Positions 18,224 through 27,124 of a stretch of DNA of 38,189 bases are shown here, one piece after another. The stretch comes from a virus (taxonomy: Duplodnaviria; Caudoviricetes). Location of the stretch: positions 1-38,189 of the IMG/VR virus record IMGVR_UViG_3300008255_000064. One strand, 5' to 3'. The first letter of the stretch is position 1. Each line of letters opens with the position of its first letter. The notes under the pieces were generated by a model. That model was given only the letters and a program-made list of their open reading frames with translations, was not told the origin of the DNA and did not search any database. Position numbers and translations under genes: made by a program.

Positions 18224-20675
18224 CCGTTGTTTCGTGGATCTCGAGCTCGGCGGGAAGATCGACCCGCCGCGCTCGAAAGAGGCGCGCGAGCTCTACGAGG
18301 AGCTCAAGCGGTTCTATGGCCGATCACACGATGCGGAGACGGCGGCCGCGCTGGCGAGCCAGGAAGCGGTGCGCCGGCTCGAGGCCGCGACCGCGCACAA
18401 GAAGCGCAATCTCATTCGCCAGGCGCAGGCGCAGGCCGGGGCGATCAAGAAGATCCGCCAGCACGCCGACGCCGATCCGAACGGGCCGCTTAGTCCCAAG
18501 GGCGCGACGGCGCTGTTCGATCGCGACGGCCGTGCCGGGCACAACGATAACGTCGATGCGCGTCGCCTGGCAATCAAGGGCCGGGTGCATGGCATGATGG
18601 ACGAGCTGCTCTACACGTTCCGCACGACGATCACCGGCCGGCTGCGCAATCGCACCGAGCTCGAGGACGTGGTGCGCGAGCTGTTCAAGCGCGGATCGAC
18701 CGGCAATGCCAGCGCCGGCGAGCTGGCTGAAGCGTGGAGCAAGGGCGCCGAATATCTGCGCGCGCGGTTCAACGAGGCGGGCGGGCAGATCGGCAAGCTC
18801 GACGATTGGGGCCTGCCGCACGCGCATGACAGCCGGGCGGTGCGCGCCGCCGGATATACCAAGTGGCGCGCGTCAATCCTCGACAAGCTCGATCGCGGGC
18901 GGATGATCGACAATCGCACCGGGCAACCGTTTACCGACGAGGCGTTCGAGCTGGCGCTGCGCGACGTGTTCGAGACGATCCGCACCGATGGCTGGTCGAA
19001 CATCCAGCCCGGCGCCGCCGGTGGCAAGATGCTCGCCAATCAGAAGGCCGCGCACCGCTTTCTGCACTTCAAGGATGCCGATGCCTGGCTCGCCTATAAT
19101 CGCGAGTTCGGCGGCGACAATGCCATGAGCGCGATGATGGGCCACGTCGAAAGCATGAGCCGCGACATTGCCTTGATGGAGATCCTCGGCCCGAACCCGG
19201 CGGCAACGGTGCGCTGGCTGAAAGACAAGCTGCAAAAGGACGCGGCGCTGATCGGCGACGACGCCGGCGAGGCGCAGGGCCGCGCGTTCAAGGGCGCCGA
19301 GCAAGTGCAGCGGCTTTACGACGAGATCACCGGCGCTTTGCGGCGGCCGGAAAGCGACAAGCTGGCGCTCGGCTTCTCGGCTTTTCGTTCATGGCAGACG
19401 GCGGCCAAGCTCGGCAGCGCGACCCTATCGGCGATCACCGACGTTTCGTTCGGTGCGGTGACGCGCGCGTTCAACGGCCTGCCGGTGCGGCGGATGATGG
19501 GGAATTATCTCAAGCAGCTCAATCCGGCGAGCGCGGCCGATCGCAAGCTGGCGGTGAGGGCCGGGCTGATCGCCGAGGAATGGGCGTACATGACCGCCAG
19601 CCAATACCGTTTCCTGGGCGAGGAGCTGACCGGCGAATGGTCGCGCCGCCTGGCGAACGGCGTGCTCAAGGTGTCGGGCCTCAATGCCTGGACGCAAGCC
19701 GGCCGGTGGGCGTTCGGGATGGAGTTCATCGGCCATTTGACCGATCAGGTCGGCAAGAGGTTCGACGAGCTCGACGCGCCGCTGCGTCGCGCGCTCGAGC
19801 GCAATGCGATCGGGGCCGATGCCTGGGAGATCATTCGCAAGACGCCGCTCGAGCAGCACCGGGGAGCCGAGTGGCTTATGCCGGCGAGTGTCGAAAGCCG
19901 CGAGCTCGGCGATCGGCTGTTGCAGATGATCCAGACCGAGACGGATTTCGCGGTGCCGGTTGCGGACCTTAGCACGCGGGCGCTGTTCAACGCGCACGCG
20001 AAGCGCGGCACCTGGTTCGGCGAGATCATGCGCTCGGCGCTGCAATTCAAGGCGTTCCCGATCTCGGTGATGATGTTGCACGGCCGCCGGATGATCGAGC
20101 AGGGCGGTTGGAACGGCGCCAAGTATGCGACCGGCGTGATGGCGAGCATGACGATCATGGGCGCGCTGGCGTTGCAGCTCAAGGAAGTGGTCAAGGGCAA
20201 GGATCCCCGGCCGATGTACGGCGAGAACGCGCCGGCCTTTTGGAGCGCTGCGGTGTTGCAGGGCGGCGGCCTGGGGATCTTCGGCGATTTTCTCGGCCAG
20301 AGCGAAAACCGCTTCGGCGGCGGGTTCGCCTCGACGCTGGCCGGGCCGGGCGTGCAGACGGCGCAGAACCTTGCGGATCTGACGATCGGGAACGCCTTCG
20401 CCGGTGCACGGGTTGCCTGGGGGAGCGAGGAGGCGCCGCCGAATGTCGGGCGCGATTTCATCAAAGTCTTAAAGCAAGAGACGCCGGGCGGGAGCCTGTG
20501 GTATGGCCGCCTTGCGCTCGAGCGCGTGCTGATCGACCAATTGCAGGAGCAGATAGACCCGGACTATCGGGCGAGCTTCCGCCGGATGCGCCAGCGCGCC
20601 GACGAGCGGGGGCAGGAGTTTTGGTGGGAGCCCGGCGAGCTATCGCCCGATCGGGCGCCGGCGTTGCAGGAATAA
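18213..20675 (+). CDS. Large internal virion (ejection) protein
   Basis: 820 aa; RFNEAGGQIGKLDDWGLPH, HRFLHFKDAD, QFKAFPI, KGKDPRP, GGGLGIFGDFL motifs of podoviral internal proteins. Confidence 0.82.
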   Translation: MSLDRCFVDLELGGKIDPPRSKEARELYEELKRFYGRSHDAETAAALASQEAVRRLEAATAHKKRNLIRQAQAQAGAIKKIRQHADADPNGPLSPKGATALFDRDGRAGHNDNVDARRLAIKGRVHGMMDELLYTFRTTITGRLRNRTELEDVVRELFKRGSTGNASAGELAEAWSKGAEYLRARFNEAGGQIGKLDDWGLPHAHDSRAVRAAGYTKWRASILDKLDRGRMIDNRTGQPFTDEAFELALRDVFETIRTDGWSNIQPGAAGGKMLANQKAAHRFLHFKDADAWLAYNREFGGDNAMSAMMGHVESMSRDIALMEILGPNPAATVRWLKDKLQKDAALIGDDAGEAQGRAFKGAEQVQRLYDEITGALRRPESDKLALGFSAFRSWQTAAKLGSATLSAITDVSFGAVTRAFNGLPVRRMMGNYLKQLNPASAADRKLAVRAGLIAEEWAYMTASQYRFLGEELTGEWSRRLANGVLKVSGLNAWTQAGRWAFGMEFIGHLTDQVGKRFDELDAPLRRALERNAIGADAWEIIRKTPLEQHRGAEWLMPASVESRELGDRLLQMIQTETDFAVPVADLSTRALFNAHAKRGTWFGEIMRSALQFKAFPISVMMLHGRRMIEQGGWNGAKYATGVMASMTIMGALALQLKEVVKGKDPRPMYGENAPAFWSAAVLQGGGLGIFGDFLGQSENRFGGGFASTLAGPGVQTAQNLADLTIGNAFAGARVAWGSEEAPPNVGRDFIKVLKQETPGGSLWYGRLALERVLIDQLQEQIDPDYRASFRRMRQRADERGQEFWWEPGELSPDRAPALQE

Positions 20676-20687
20676 GGGGGGTAGCAC

Positions 20688-23129
20688 ATGACGACGAACA
20701 CGATCACGCCGAACGTCGATTACATCGAGGACGGGGCTACTTTGACGCACCCGGTCCCGTTCAAGTTTCTGTCCGATACCGATCTTGTGGTGCAGCGGAT
20801 CTCCGCCGGGGTGGCCGAGACACTGACGCTCGGGTTGGATTACGCCGCCACCGGCGCCGGCGATGCATCGGGCGGCACGCTGGTCAAGACGGCGGCGGGG
20901 AGCTCGGGCGTGACGCTGCGGATCAAGCGTTTGACGACGCGCGGCCAGGGCTTCGATTACACGCCGCACGATACGTTCATGGCCGAGAGCCACGAAACTG
21001 CGCTCGACCGGCAATCGCTGGTCAACCAGGAGCAGGACGTCGATATAATCGACACCAAGGCGCGCGCATTCCTGGTGCCGGAAGGCGAGGCGGGCGGCGA
21101 GCTTCCGGTTGCGGCTGCGCGGGCCAACAAGTTCCAGGCTTACGGGCCTTCGGGCACGCTGATCATGTCGGCCGGGACCGGCGCCGACTTGGGGTTGCGG
21201 CAGGATCTTGCCGACGACGAGCTCGGCGGGCGGCTGATCTCGGTCGGCAACGGCAAGTTTATCGACAGCGTGATCTGCACCGCCGACGTGACGCTCTATG
21301 TCCGCACGACGGGGGACGACACGACAGGCGACGGGAGTTCGGAGGCCAAAGCGTTCGCGTCGGTGCAGCGCGCGCTCGATGCGCTGCCGATCATAGCCGA
21401 CGACAAGAGCTATCTGATCGACGTCGGCGCGGGCACGTTCTCGACGTCGAACCGGCCGGCATACACGGTCGGGTCGCCGGAAATGCCGCGCAATGCGCTG
21501 CTCTATATCGACCGGCTGCGGAACGGAAAGCGCACCGCGCAGTTCGGCTCGAGCCTGTCGGGTTCGCTGGTGATCAAGGGCGCCGGCCAGGGGGTGACGA
21601 TCCTCGAGCCGGGCGCGACCTATCCGCGCGGGATATACGGCACCGGCAATATCGGTTCGATCGGCCTGGTCGACATGACGGTGCGCGGCGGCGTCGGCGC
21701 CGAGAGCTGCGTAGTGACGCACCGGGGTTGCTATCTGCACGGTCGCCGCGTGGATCTCGATGGCAACGGCAATGCGGTCTATGGCTTGATCTGCGAAGCG
21801 GGCGGCAAAGCCGAAATGATCGACTGCAACGCCACCGGCTCGACGTCAGACGTCTATGCTTATCCCGGCGGGCAGATACAGTTTGCCAGCCCAGCGAACG
21901 ATTGCACGATCGGTAAGATCTATTCGAGCGGCACCGAGTTCTCGCTCGGCCAGAACGTCGTCGTGACCGGCCGCGCGCAGTTCCTCGGCGGTTCGTTCCT
22001 GGCGGCGGTTTCCAGTGCGCAGGGGGCGATCGACTTCCAGGGGGATTGTTCGTTCGAGGGATGCCCGGTCCTGGGGCCGTGGATAAACTGGACCGGCGAG
22101 GATCGCCGGCTCGAGCTGCACGATAGCCGGGGGCATGGCGATGCGTGGAAGTTCAAGGCGCAAATGCTGCTGTTCAACAGCACGGTCGAGGGCAACGGGC
22201 ACCACAGCTATATCGTCGAGCTCGATTACGATGCCGAGGCCGCCGCCTTCGCCAAGGGTGAGACGGTAACGGGCGGCACGTCGGGCGCGGTCGGTGTGGT
22301 GTGGCAGGTGGTCGACGCCGGCGGCGGCGCCGGCACGCTGATTTTCAGCTCTGTGACCGGGGCGTTCACGGACGGCGAGACGCTGACCGGGAGCGTGGCC
22401 GGCTCGGCCACGGCGAACGGCGCCTCGAGCGCGGCCAGGTCGCCGCATGTCTATCCGGTGTTGCTGCATGGCGAGGGTTCGCAATACGGGCAGTCGTGGG
22501 ATTACAACACGCGGGCCTGGCGCGCGGCGAACAACAAGATCATCGGTAGCGACGGGGTGCAGCGCGGCCCGGCCTATGACCATACCAAGCTGACGTTCGA
22601 GGCGGCCGATCCCGATCCTTCGGGGACCGCGCTGGTGATCCCCTGGAACGGCAACCGCGAGATATTCTGCGAGGTCAAGAACAACCGCGCCGCGACGATT
22701 GGCAACATGACGCTGCCGGGGGTGATCCCGACGGGACGCAATGCCGGGGACCGCTGGCCCGAGGGGCAGATGCTAACGCTCTACTATGGCGATGCGTCGC
22801 TTATGACGATGCTGCCGGGCACGACAATGACGCTGCCCTATGGCTCGTCGATGGTGTTCTCGACCGCCGCCTCGCATTTCCGGGCGGCCCGGTTCGTGTG
22901 GGTTTCCTCGCTCAATCGCTGGCTGTGCCTGCGCTTCACGCAAACGATCCAGACGGCGCCGACGAACAACCTGGGATCGACGGCGGCCTATGTTGCGCCG
23001 GCGGGCGGTGCGACGGTCGACGCGGAAGCACGCTCCTCGCTGGCCCTGCTGGCTGCGCGCGTCGCCGCGCTCGAGGCGGATTTCGCGAACGAGAAATCGA
23101 AGATCCAGGCCGCCAAGATACACGCATAG
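20688..23129 (+). CDS. Tail fibre / tailspike with probable beta-helix
   Basis: T7 gp17-like N-terminal anchor (VPFKFL..TDL.V, ESHETALDR); LYVRTTGDD..GDGS...AFASVQRA; C-terminal PAGGATVDAEAR coiled coil. Confidence 0.85.
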   Translation: MTTNTITPNVDYIEDGATLTHPVPFKFLSDTDLVVQRISAGVAETLTLGLDYAATGAGDASGGTLVKTAAGSSGVTLRIKRLTTRGQGFDYTPHDTFMAESHETALDRQSLVNQEQDVDIIDTKARAFLVPEGEAGGELPVAAARANKFQAYGPSGTLIMSAGTGADLGLRQDLADDELGGRLISVGNGKFIDSVICTADVTLYVRTTGDDTTGDGSSEAKAFASVQRALDALPIIADDKSYLIDVGAGTFSTSNRPAYTVGSPEMPRNALLYIDRLRNGKRTAQFGSSLSGSLVIKGAGQGVTILEPGATYPRGIYGTGNIGSIGLVDMTVRGGVGAESCVVTHRGCYLHGRRVDLDGNGNAVYGLICEAGGKAEMIDCNATGSTSDVYAYPGGQIQFASPANDCTIGKIYSSGTEFSLGQNVVVTGRAQFLGGSFLAAVSSAQGAIDFQGDCSFEGCPVLGPWINWTGEDRRLELHDSRGHGDAWKFKAQMLLFNSTVEGNGHHSYIVELDYDAEAAAFAKGETVTGGTSGAVGVVWQVVDAGGGAGTLIFSSVTGAFTDGETLTGSVAGSATANGASSAARSPHVYPVLLHGEGSQYGQSWDYNTRAWRAANNKIIGSDGVQRGPAYDHTKLTFEAADPDPSGTALVIPWNGNREIFCEVKNNRAATIGNMTLPGVIPTGRNAGDRWPEGQMLTLYYGDASLMTMLPGTTMTLPYGSSMVFSTAASHFRAARFVWVSSLNRWLCLRFTQTIQTAPTNNLGSTAAYVAPAGGATVDAEARSSLALLAARVAALEADFANEKSKIQAAKIHA

Positions 23130-23169
23130 GCACCTGGGAGGATATGACGACATGCGGGGGGTCGCACGA

Positions 23170-24318
23170 ATGGATCAGGGGGTGAGTGCCGGCGAAGCCG
23201 GGGGTATGATCGCGGGCATTGTGGCGCTGCTCTATGCGTTCGGCCGCGGAATTGGCTGGGTGTGGAACAAGATCGAGCAGCGGGTCGATAGCCGCGCGGC
23301 CGAGAACGCCAGCGAGCGCGATCGGTTGTCGGCCTGGAGCAAGTCGCTCGAAGAGGAGGTGAAGCGGTATCGCGAGGGGATTCGGGTCGAGCTCGAGGCG
23401 GTCAAGCTCGAGCTCGGCGAGCTGCGGTTGCAGAACGTGGCGCTGGCGTCGGCGCTGCTCGACGTCTCGCTCGAGCACGCCGAGCTGGCGCCGAATAGTC
23501 CGGTGCTCGTCCGGTTGGGAGCGGCGCTGCGCCAGGTATTCAAGGTTCCGGGTGAGATCCCGGCGGAAATGGCGGTGCTGCTGTCGCGGCTCGAGGCGAG
23601 GGGGGGGGCAATGAACATTGAGTTGATGGAGCTGCAAGTGTGGATGAACGGCAAGGGCGCAAGCCCGCGCCTGGTTGCCGACGGGCTCAAGGGGCCGGCG
23701 ACCAGGGCGGCGATCATCGACGTGTTTCGCAATCGAGGGGCACCGGCGATCACGCGGCCGCAGCTCAAGATGATAGCCGATCGGCTCGGCGCGTCGGTGC
23801 GCCAGGTGGCGGCCTTCGCAGCGGTGGAAAGCGCCGGCGGAGGGTGGGACGATAGCGGCCTGCTCAAATGCCTGTGGGAGCGGCATTACCTGTGGCGCCG
23901 AGTGCGCGTTGCGGTGCCGTTCCTGTCCGATCCCAAGCCCGGCGGCTATACGACCGACGCCGATCGCGACGGGATCAACGACAGTTGGGAGAAGCTGGCC
24001 GACGCTTCGCTGCGGTTCGGGGCCGAGGCGGCGTTCGAGTGTGCCAGCTTCGGCAAGTTTCAGATCATGGGCGCGCACTGGAAAAAGCTCGGTTATCCGA
24101 GCGCGGTCGATTTCGTGTGGCACCTGTCGCGCAGCGAGTTCGCGCATTACGAGGCGTTCGCGCGTTACATCGAGACGTTCGGCCTGGTCGAGGCGCTGCG
24201 CGCGGTGAACGGCAATCCCGAAAACGCGCGGGCGATCGCCAAGGGTTACAACGGCAAGCACTACTGGAAACAGGGCTATCACGAGAAGATCGCCGCACAT
24301 TGGAGGCGGTGGACGTGA
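23170..24318 (+). CDS. In-frame fusion of a TM/coiled-coil protein (23170..~23610) and the endolysin
   Basis: No stop between the hydrophobic N-terminal unit and the muramidase; junction is a G9 run at 23600-23608; start could be 23152. Confidence 0.6.
   Translation: MDQGVSAGEAGGMIAGIVALLYAFGRGIGWVWNKIEQRVDSRAAENASERDRLSAWSKSLEEEVKRYREGIRVELEAVKLELGELRLQNVALASALLDVSLEHAELAPNSPVLVRLGAALRQVFKVPGEIPAEMAVLLSRLEARGGAMNIELMELQVWMNGKGASPRLVADGLKGPATRAAIIDVFRNRGAPAITRPQLKMIADRLGASVRQVAAFAAVESAGGGWDDSGLLKCLWERHYLWRRVRVAVPFLSDPKPGGYTTDADRDGINDSWEKLADASLRFGAEAAFECASFGKFQIMGAHWKKLGYPSAVDFVWHLSRSEFAHYEAFARYIETFGLVEALRAVNGNPENARAIAKGYNGKHYWKQGYHEKIAAHWRRWT
23611..24318 (+). CDS. Endolysin, N-acetylmuramidase (DUF3380-like) with N-terminal PG-binding-like motif
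   Basis: VADGLKGPATRAA; AFAAVESAG, LWERH, SFGKFQIMG.HW..LGY, AKGYNG..Y; own ATG preceded by G-rich SD. Confidence 0.88.
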   Translation: MNIELMELQVWMNGKGASPRLVADGLKGPATRAAIIDVFRNRGAPAITRPQLKMIADRLGASVRQVAAFAAVESAGGGWDDSGLLKCLWERHYLWRRVRVAVPFLSDPKPGGYTTDADRDGINDSWEKLADASLRFGAEAAFECASFGKFQIMGAHWKKLGYPSAVDFVWHLSRSEFAHYEAFARYIETFGLVEALRAVNGNPENARAIAKGYNGKHYWKQGYHEKIAAHWRRWT

Positions 24319-24632
24319 GCAAGTGGTCGGCCTTCTGGCAGCGCATATTCTCGATCGAGACGGCGCGCTTCATCCTGGCGCTGATGGCGCTCAATTTCTC
24401 GGCGCTGGCGGTGCTGATGCTGATGACCGGCTACGCCGAGATCGACACGGACAAGGCGCAGGTGGTCAATTTCGCCCTGGGCCAGTTGTTCGCGCTGACC
24501 ATGATCGCCTTTCATCGCTACTTCGGGCGGGCCGACGAGGAGCACGCGAGCGGCAAGCCGGAGGATCCGGTGCATTACGAGGAGGAACGCCAGGCCATGC
24601 CGCGCCCGACGTTCGGACAAGAGGGGAAATGA
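24315..24632 (+). CDS. Putative holin (2 TM)
   Basis: GTG 24315 (GTGA overlap); two hydrophobic helices, RYFG, charged C-tail. Confidence 0.65.
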   Translation: MSKWSAFWQRIFSIETARFILALMALNFSALAVLMLMTGYAEIDTDKAQVVNFALGQLFALTMIAFHRYFGRADEEHASGKPEDPVHYEEERQAMPRPTFGQEGK

Positions 24633-24633
24633 A

Positions 24634-25056
24634 ATGCAGGGAAAGATAGCAGCCTTTTTCGCCGGCGCGCTCGGCAAGCTGGTGCTGGTGGCGCTGGTGA
24701 TAGGCCTGGTGCTGTTCGGCGTGAGCCAGTGCAACAGTGCGCGCCAGGCGAATACCAGGGCCGAGCTCGGCGAGGGGCAGGCCGAGGCGGCGGGCGAGAA
24801 CGCGGCCGACGCGGTGGACACGGCCGGGGCGGTGGCGGCCGCGCACGGCGAAGCCGACAGTTTAACCAGGGAGAACGCCGATGCGATCAACAATGCCGAG
24901 GGCGCCGCTGCGCCTGTCAATCCTGCTGCCCGCGATGCTGGCCTTGACAGCCTGTGCCGGCGGGCCTCCTATCGTGACGTCGCGGACTGCGTGCAGCGAG
25001 CTGGTGCCGGAAGCGATGAAGGCGCCGACGCCGCCCGCTCCCCTCCCGACGGGTGA
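24634..25056 (+). CDS. i-spanin (Rz-like)
   Basis: Single N-terminal TM, Ala-rich coiled coil, C-terminal Cys residues. Confidence 0.7.
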   Translation: MQGKIAAFFAGALGKLVLVALVIGLVLFGVSQCNSARQANTRAELGEGQAEAAGENAADAVDTAGAVAAAHGEADSLTRENADAINNAEGAAAPVNPAARDAGLDSLCRRASYRDVADCVQRAGAGSDEGADAARSPPDG

Positions 25057-25216
25057 GACGGTCGGCGAATGGATCCAGTTCGGCGACGCGCAGACCGGCC
25101 AGCTCGACAAGGCCAACGCCGACAAGCTCGGCTATCAGGTGATCGAGAGATGCGAGGCGCGCGATCGCGATCTGATCGAACGGGTGCGGCGGCCCTGGTG
25201 GCGGTTCTGGCGCTAG
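24881..25216 (+). CDS. o-spanin (Rz1-like lipoprotein)
   Basis: Lipobox LALTAC, Pro-rich; overlaps the i-spanin 3' end in another frame. Confidence 0.75.
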   Translation: MRSTMPRAPLRLSILLPAMLALTACAGGPPIVTSRTACSELVPEAMKAPTPPAPLPTGETVGEWIQFGDAQTGQLDKANADKLGYQVIERCEARDRDLIERVRRPWWRFWR

Positions 25217-25241
25217 GATAGCCCTAGCAGCGTAAAGAGCG

Positions 25242-25278
25242 AGGGCGCCGGGGTGGTTGTAACCCTCGGCGCCCTTTC
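25242..25278. terminator. Hairpin terminator between convergent late and leftward operons
   Basis: AGGGCGCCGGGG...CCTCGGCGCCCT followed by TTCT. Confidence 0.65.
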
Positions 25279-25309
25279 TGCGTCCTGTGTGGCTTTGTGG
25301 CGGGGCGTG

Positions 25310-25486
25310 TTACACGCCGCTCGCCTCGGCCTCGAGCAGCGCGGCGAGCAGCGCCAGGCGTTCACCGGGCGGGAGCTCGGCATACATCGCCTGCCAGCGC
25401 GCAGCCTTGCGCTTGATCCGCTGGCGATCGGTGAAGTTGCGGCCGGCGAAAGTGTGCCAGTGGGTGCCGGCGTCGGCGTAGTTCAT
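25310..25486 (-). CDS. Hypothetical protein (58 aa; not in the ORF track)
   Basis: MNYADAGTHWHTFAGRNFTDRQRIKRKAARW...EASGV*; typical codon usage. Confidence 0.5.
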   Translation of the reverse strand: MNYADAGTHWHTFAGRNFTDRQRIKRKAARWQAMYAELPPGERLALLAALLEAEASGV

Positions 25487-25586
25487 CCAGAGCTGTTCGG
25501 TGCGCGGGCCGCCTCGCGATAGGCGTCGCCGCGTTGTTGTTGATCGGCCGCGTAGTCGGCATCGTCTGCCATTGTGGTTCCCCCCA

Positions 25587-25613
25587 AAGAAAAGGCGCCG
25601 CGTTGGCGGCGCC
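25587..25613 (-). terminator. Intrinsic terminator (minus strand)
   Basis: Minus strand GGCGCCGCCAACGCGGCGCC-TTTTCTTT. Confidence 0.55.
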
Positions 25614-25618
25614 CGATC

Positions 25619-25819
25619 CTATCCCCGATCGCGCGGCTTTCGCCAGCGCCGAGGCACAATAAATCCCCGGCGAGGGTGGAGCGCGACGCGCTGAACGCGG
25701 CCGTCCTCGAGCACGGCGTCGAAGATCGGGCCGTCGCCGACGCCTTCGATCCGCTCGATGCGGCCGGCGAGCTTGAGTGCCTGCGCCTCGTCGTGCCAGG
25801 TCGTGACGTCCTGGTTCAT
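25619..25819 (-). CDS. Hypothetical protein (66 aa)
   Basis: MNQDVTTWHDE...; ATGA overlap with upstream gene. Confidence 0.55.
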   Translation of the reverse strand: MNQDVTTWHDEAQALKLAGRIERIEGVGDGPIFDAVLEDGRVQRVALHPRRGFIVPRRWRKPRDRG

Positions 25820-26034
25820 CTTGGCGCGAGCTCGGCGAGGATCGTGCGGGGGCCGGCCACGGTGATCTTGATGTGGCGCGCCTCCTGGACGGATTGCGTC
25901 ACGAGCCCGTCGTCGAGCTGGAAGGTGATCGGTTGGTTGGCCCAATCCTCGAACGCCTTGACGACGCGCGCGAGATAGTTCTCGTAACGCTCAAAGTGAT
26001 CCGGCTCGGGTGCCTTGAACGGTTCGGTAATCAT
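25816..26034 (-). CDS. Hypothetical protein (72 aa)
   Basis: ATGA overlaps at both ends. Confidence 0.65.
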   Translation of the reverse strand: MITEPFKAPEPDHFERYENYLARVVKAFEDWANQPITFQLDDGLVTQSVQEARHIKITVAGPRTILAELAPR

Positions 26035-26678
26035 ACGCCGAGCTCCTGTTGTTCCTGTCGGCCTTCATCGACCAGGTCGCGCAGGTGTGCCTGCATTTCC
26101 TCGCGCATGGCGAGATCGCCGGGGGGCGGCGGCGGGCTCGGCGGGAAAGACTTGTGGCGCTGGTAGTGCTCGCGCGCGGCTTGCGCGGCCTTCGCCATTT
26201 CGCCGCTTTCGCATTGCCGGATCCGTTCGGCGTGCGCCTCGCGCGCGAGCTCGCCGTCGGGCTCCCAACAGTGGCACCGCTTCCAATAGAGATCATGCAC
26301 GAGCTGCAAGGCGGCAATCCGCCGGCGGCTTTCGTCCTCGGTCAACCGGCCCTTGGTGATCCGATCGGGATAGAACCGCTCGCGCAAGGCGAGCTCGCGG
26401 CGCAGCTCGGCGATCTTCTCGCGCCAAGTAAAGCGGCGGTTCGATAGCGGGAGCTCGCGGCGCTGCTGAAAGTCGGGATGGAAGGCGCGGCCGTGATCCT
26501 CGAGCATGTCGGCGAACAGGGCGATCCGGCGATCGGCGTCCCGCGGATCGAGCAGGCCCTTGTCGATCATGCCGGGATAGAAGCGCCGGCGATCGCCGAG
26601 TTCGCGCTCGAGCTCGGCCTTCATCGCGCGGGCCTGGTCATGGGTGAAGCCGGCGCCGGCGTGTTCCTCGTCGGTCAT
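26031..26678 (-). CDS. Hypothetical protein with tandemly duplicated domain
   Basis: ELERELGDRRRFYP..I.KG.L...RRIA and ELRRELALRERFYP..I.KG.L...RRIA; ATG 26678 by TAATG overlap. Confidence 0.75.
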   Translation of the reverse strand: MTDEEHAGAGFTHDQARAMKAELERELGDRRRFYPGMIDKGLLDPRDADRRIALFADMLEDHGRAFHPDFQQRRELPLSNRRFTWREKIAELRRELALRERFYPDRITKGRLTEDESRRRIAALQLVHDLYWKRCHCWEPDGELAREAHAERIRQCESGEMAKAAQAAREHYQRHKSFPPSPPPPPGDLAMREEMQAHLRDLVDEGRQEQQELGV

Positions 26679-27124
26679 TATCCGTTCCTCAAGCTGGGAC
26701 ACGGATCGAGCCAGCGATAAAACTCGGGCCACTCCTCCCATGCCCGACCTTCGCGCCAGGCCCGCAGAAACTCCTCGGTGTTCGCGGGATCGCCGTCGCC
26801 GTTGTCGGTGATCCAATTGAGCGCCTGCTCGTGGGTGCCGTGGTCACACCACTCGCGCCCGGTGGCGGGGTCGTAGTCGCCGCGCTCCCAAAGGGGATCC
26901 ATGAAGGAAGCGCGCTCGCCGTTGACGGAGACGATCGCGCTCGGCGCATAGTCTCTGCCGCCGCTCTTACCGACCATCCAGTAGCCTTCCCATCCGGCGA
27001 AGCGGATCGTCGATCGGCCGCCGCCGCAACGGGCGACGCAAACCTTGTCGCCCTCCTTCAAGGCGCGCCGCGCGCGGTGATAGGCGCGCAGGCTTTCGGC
27101 GCGCTGTGCGAGCGAGACGGTCAT
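26678..27124 (-). CDS. Hypothetical protein (148 aa, Trp-rich)
   Basis: Coupled overlaps at both ends. Confidence 0.65.
   Translation of the reverse strand: MTVSLAQRAESLRAYHRARRALKEGDKVCVARCGGGRSTIRFAGWEGYWMVGKSGGRDYAPSAIVSVNGERASFMDPLWERGDYDPATGREWCDHGTHEQALNWITDNGDGDPANTEEFLRAWREGRAWEEWPEFYRWLDPCPSLRNG

Noticed and set aside
20688-23129. Diversity-generating retroelement or invertible tail-fibre cassette
   Set aside because: No reverse transcriptase or TR/VR pair seen; the serine recombinase is 10 kb away and no alternative fibre ends or flanking IRs were found
22840-23169. N-terminal extension of the 492-aa ORF
   Set aside because: Overlaps the tail fibre out of frame; a start at 23152 or 23170 has SD support
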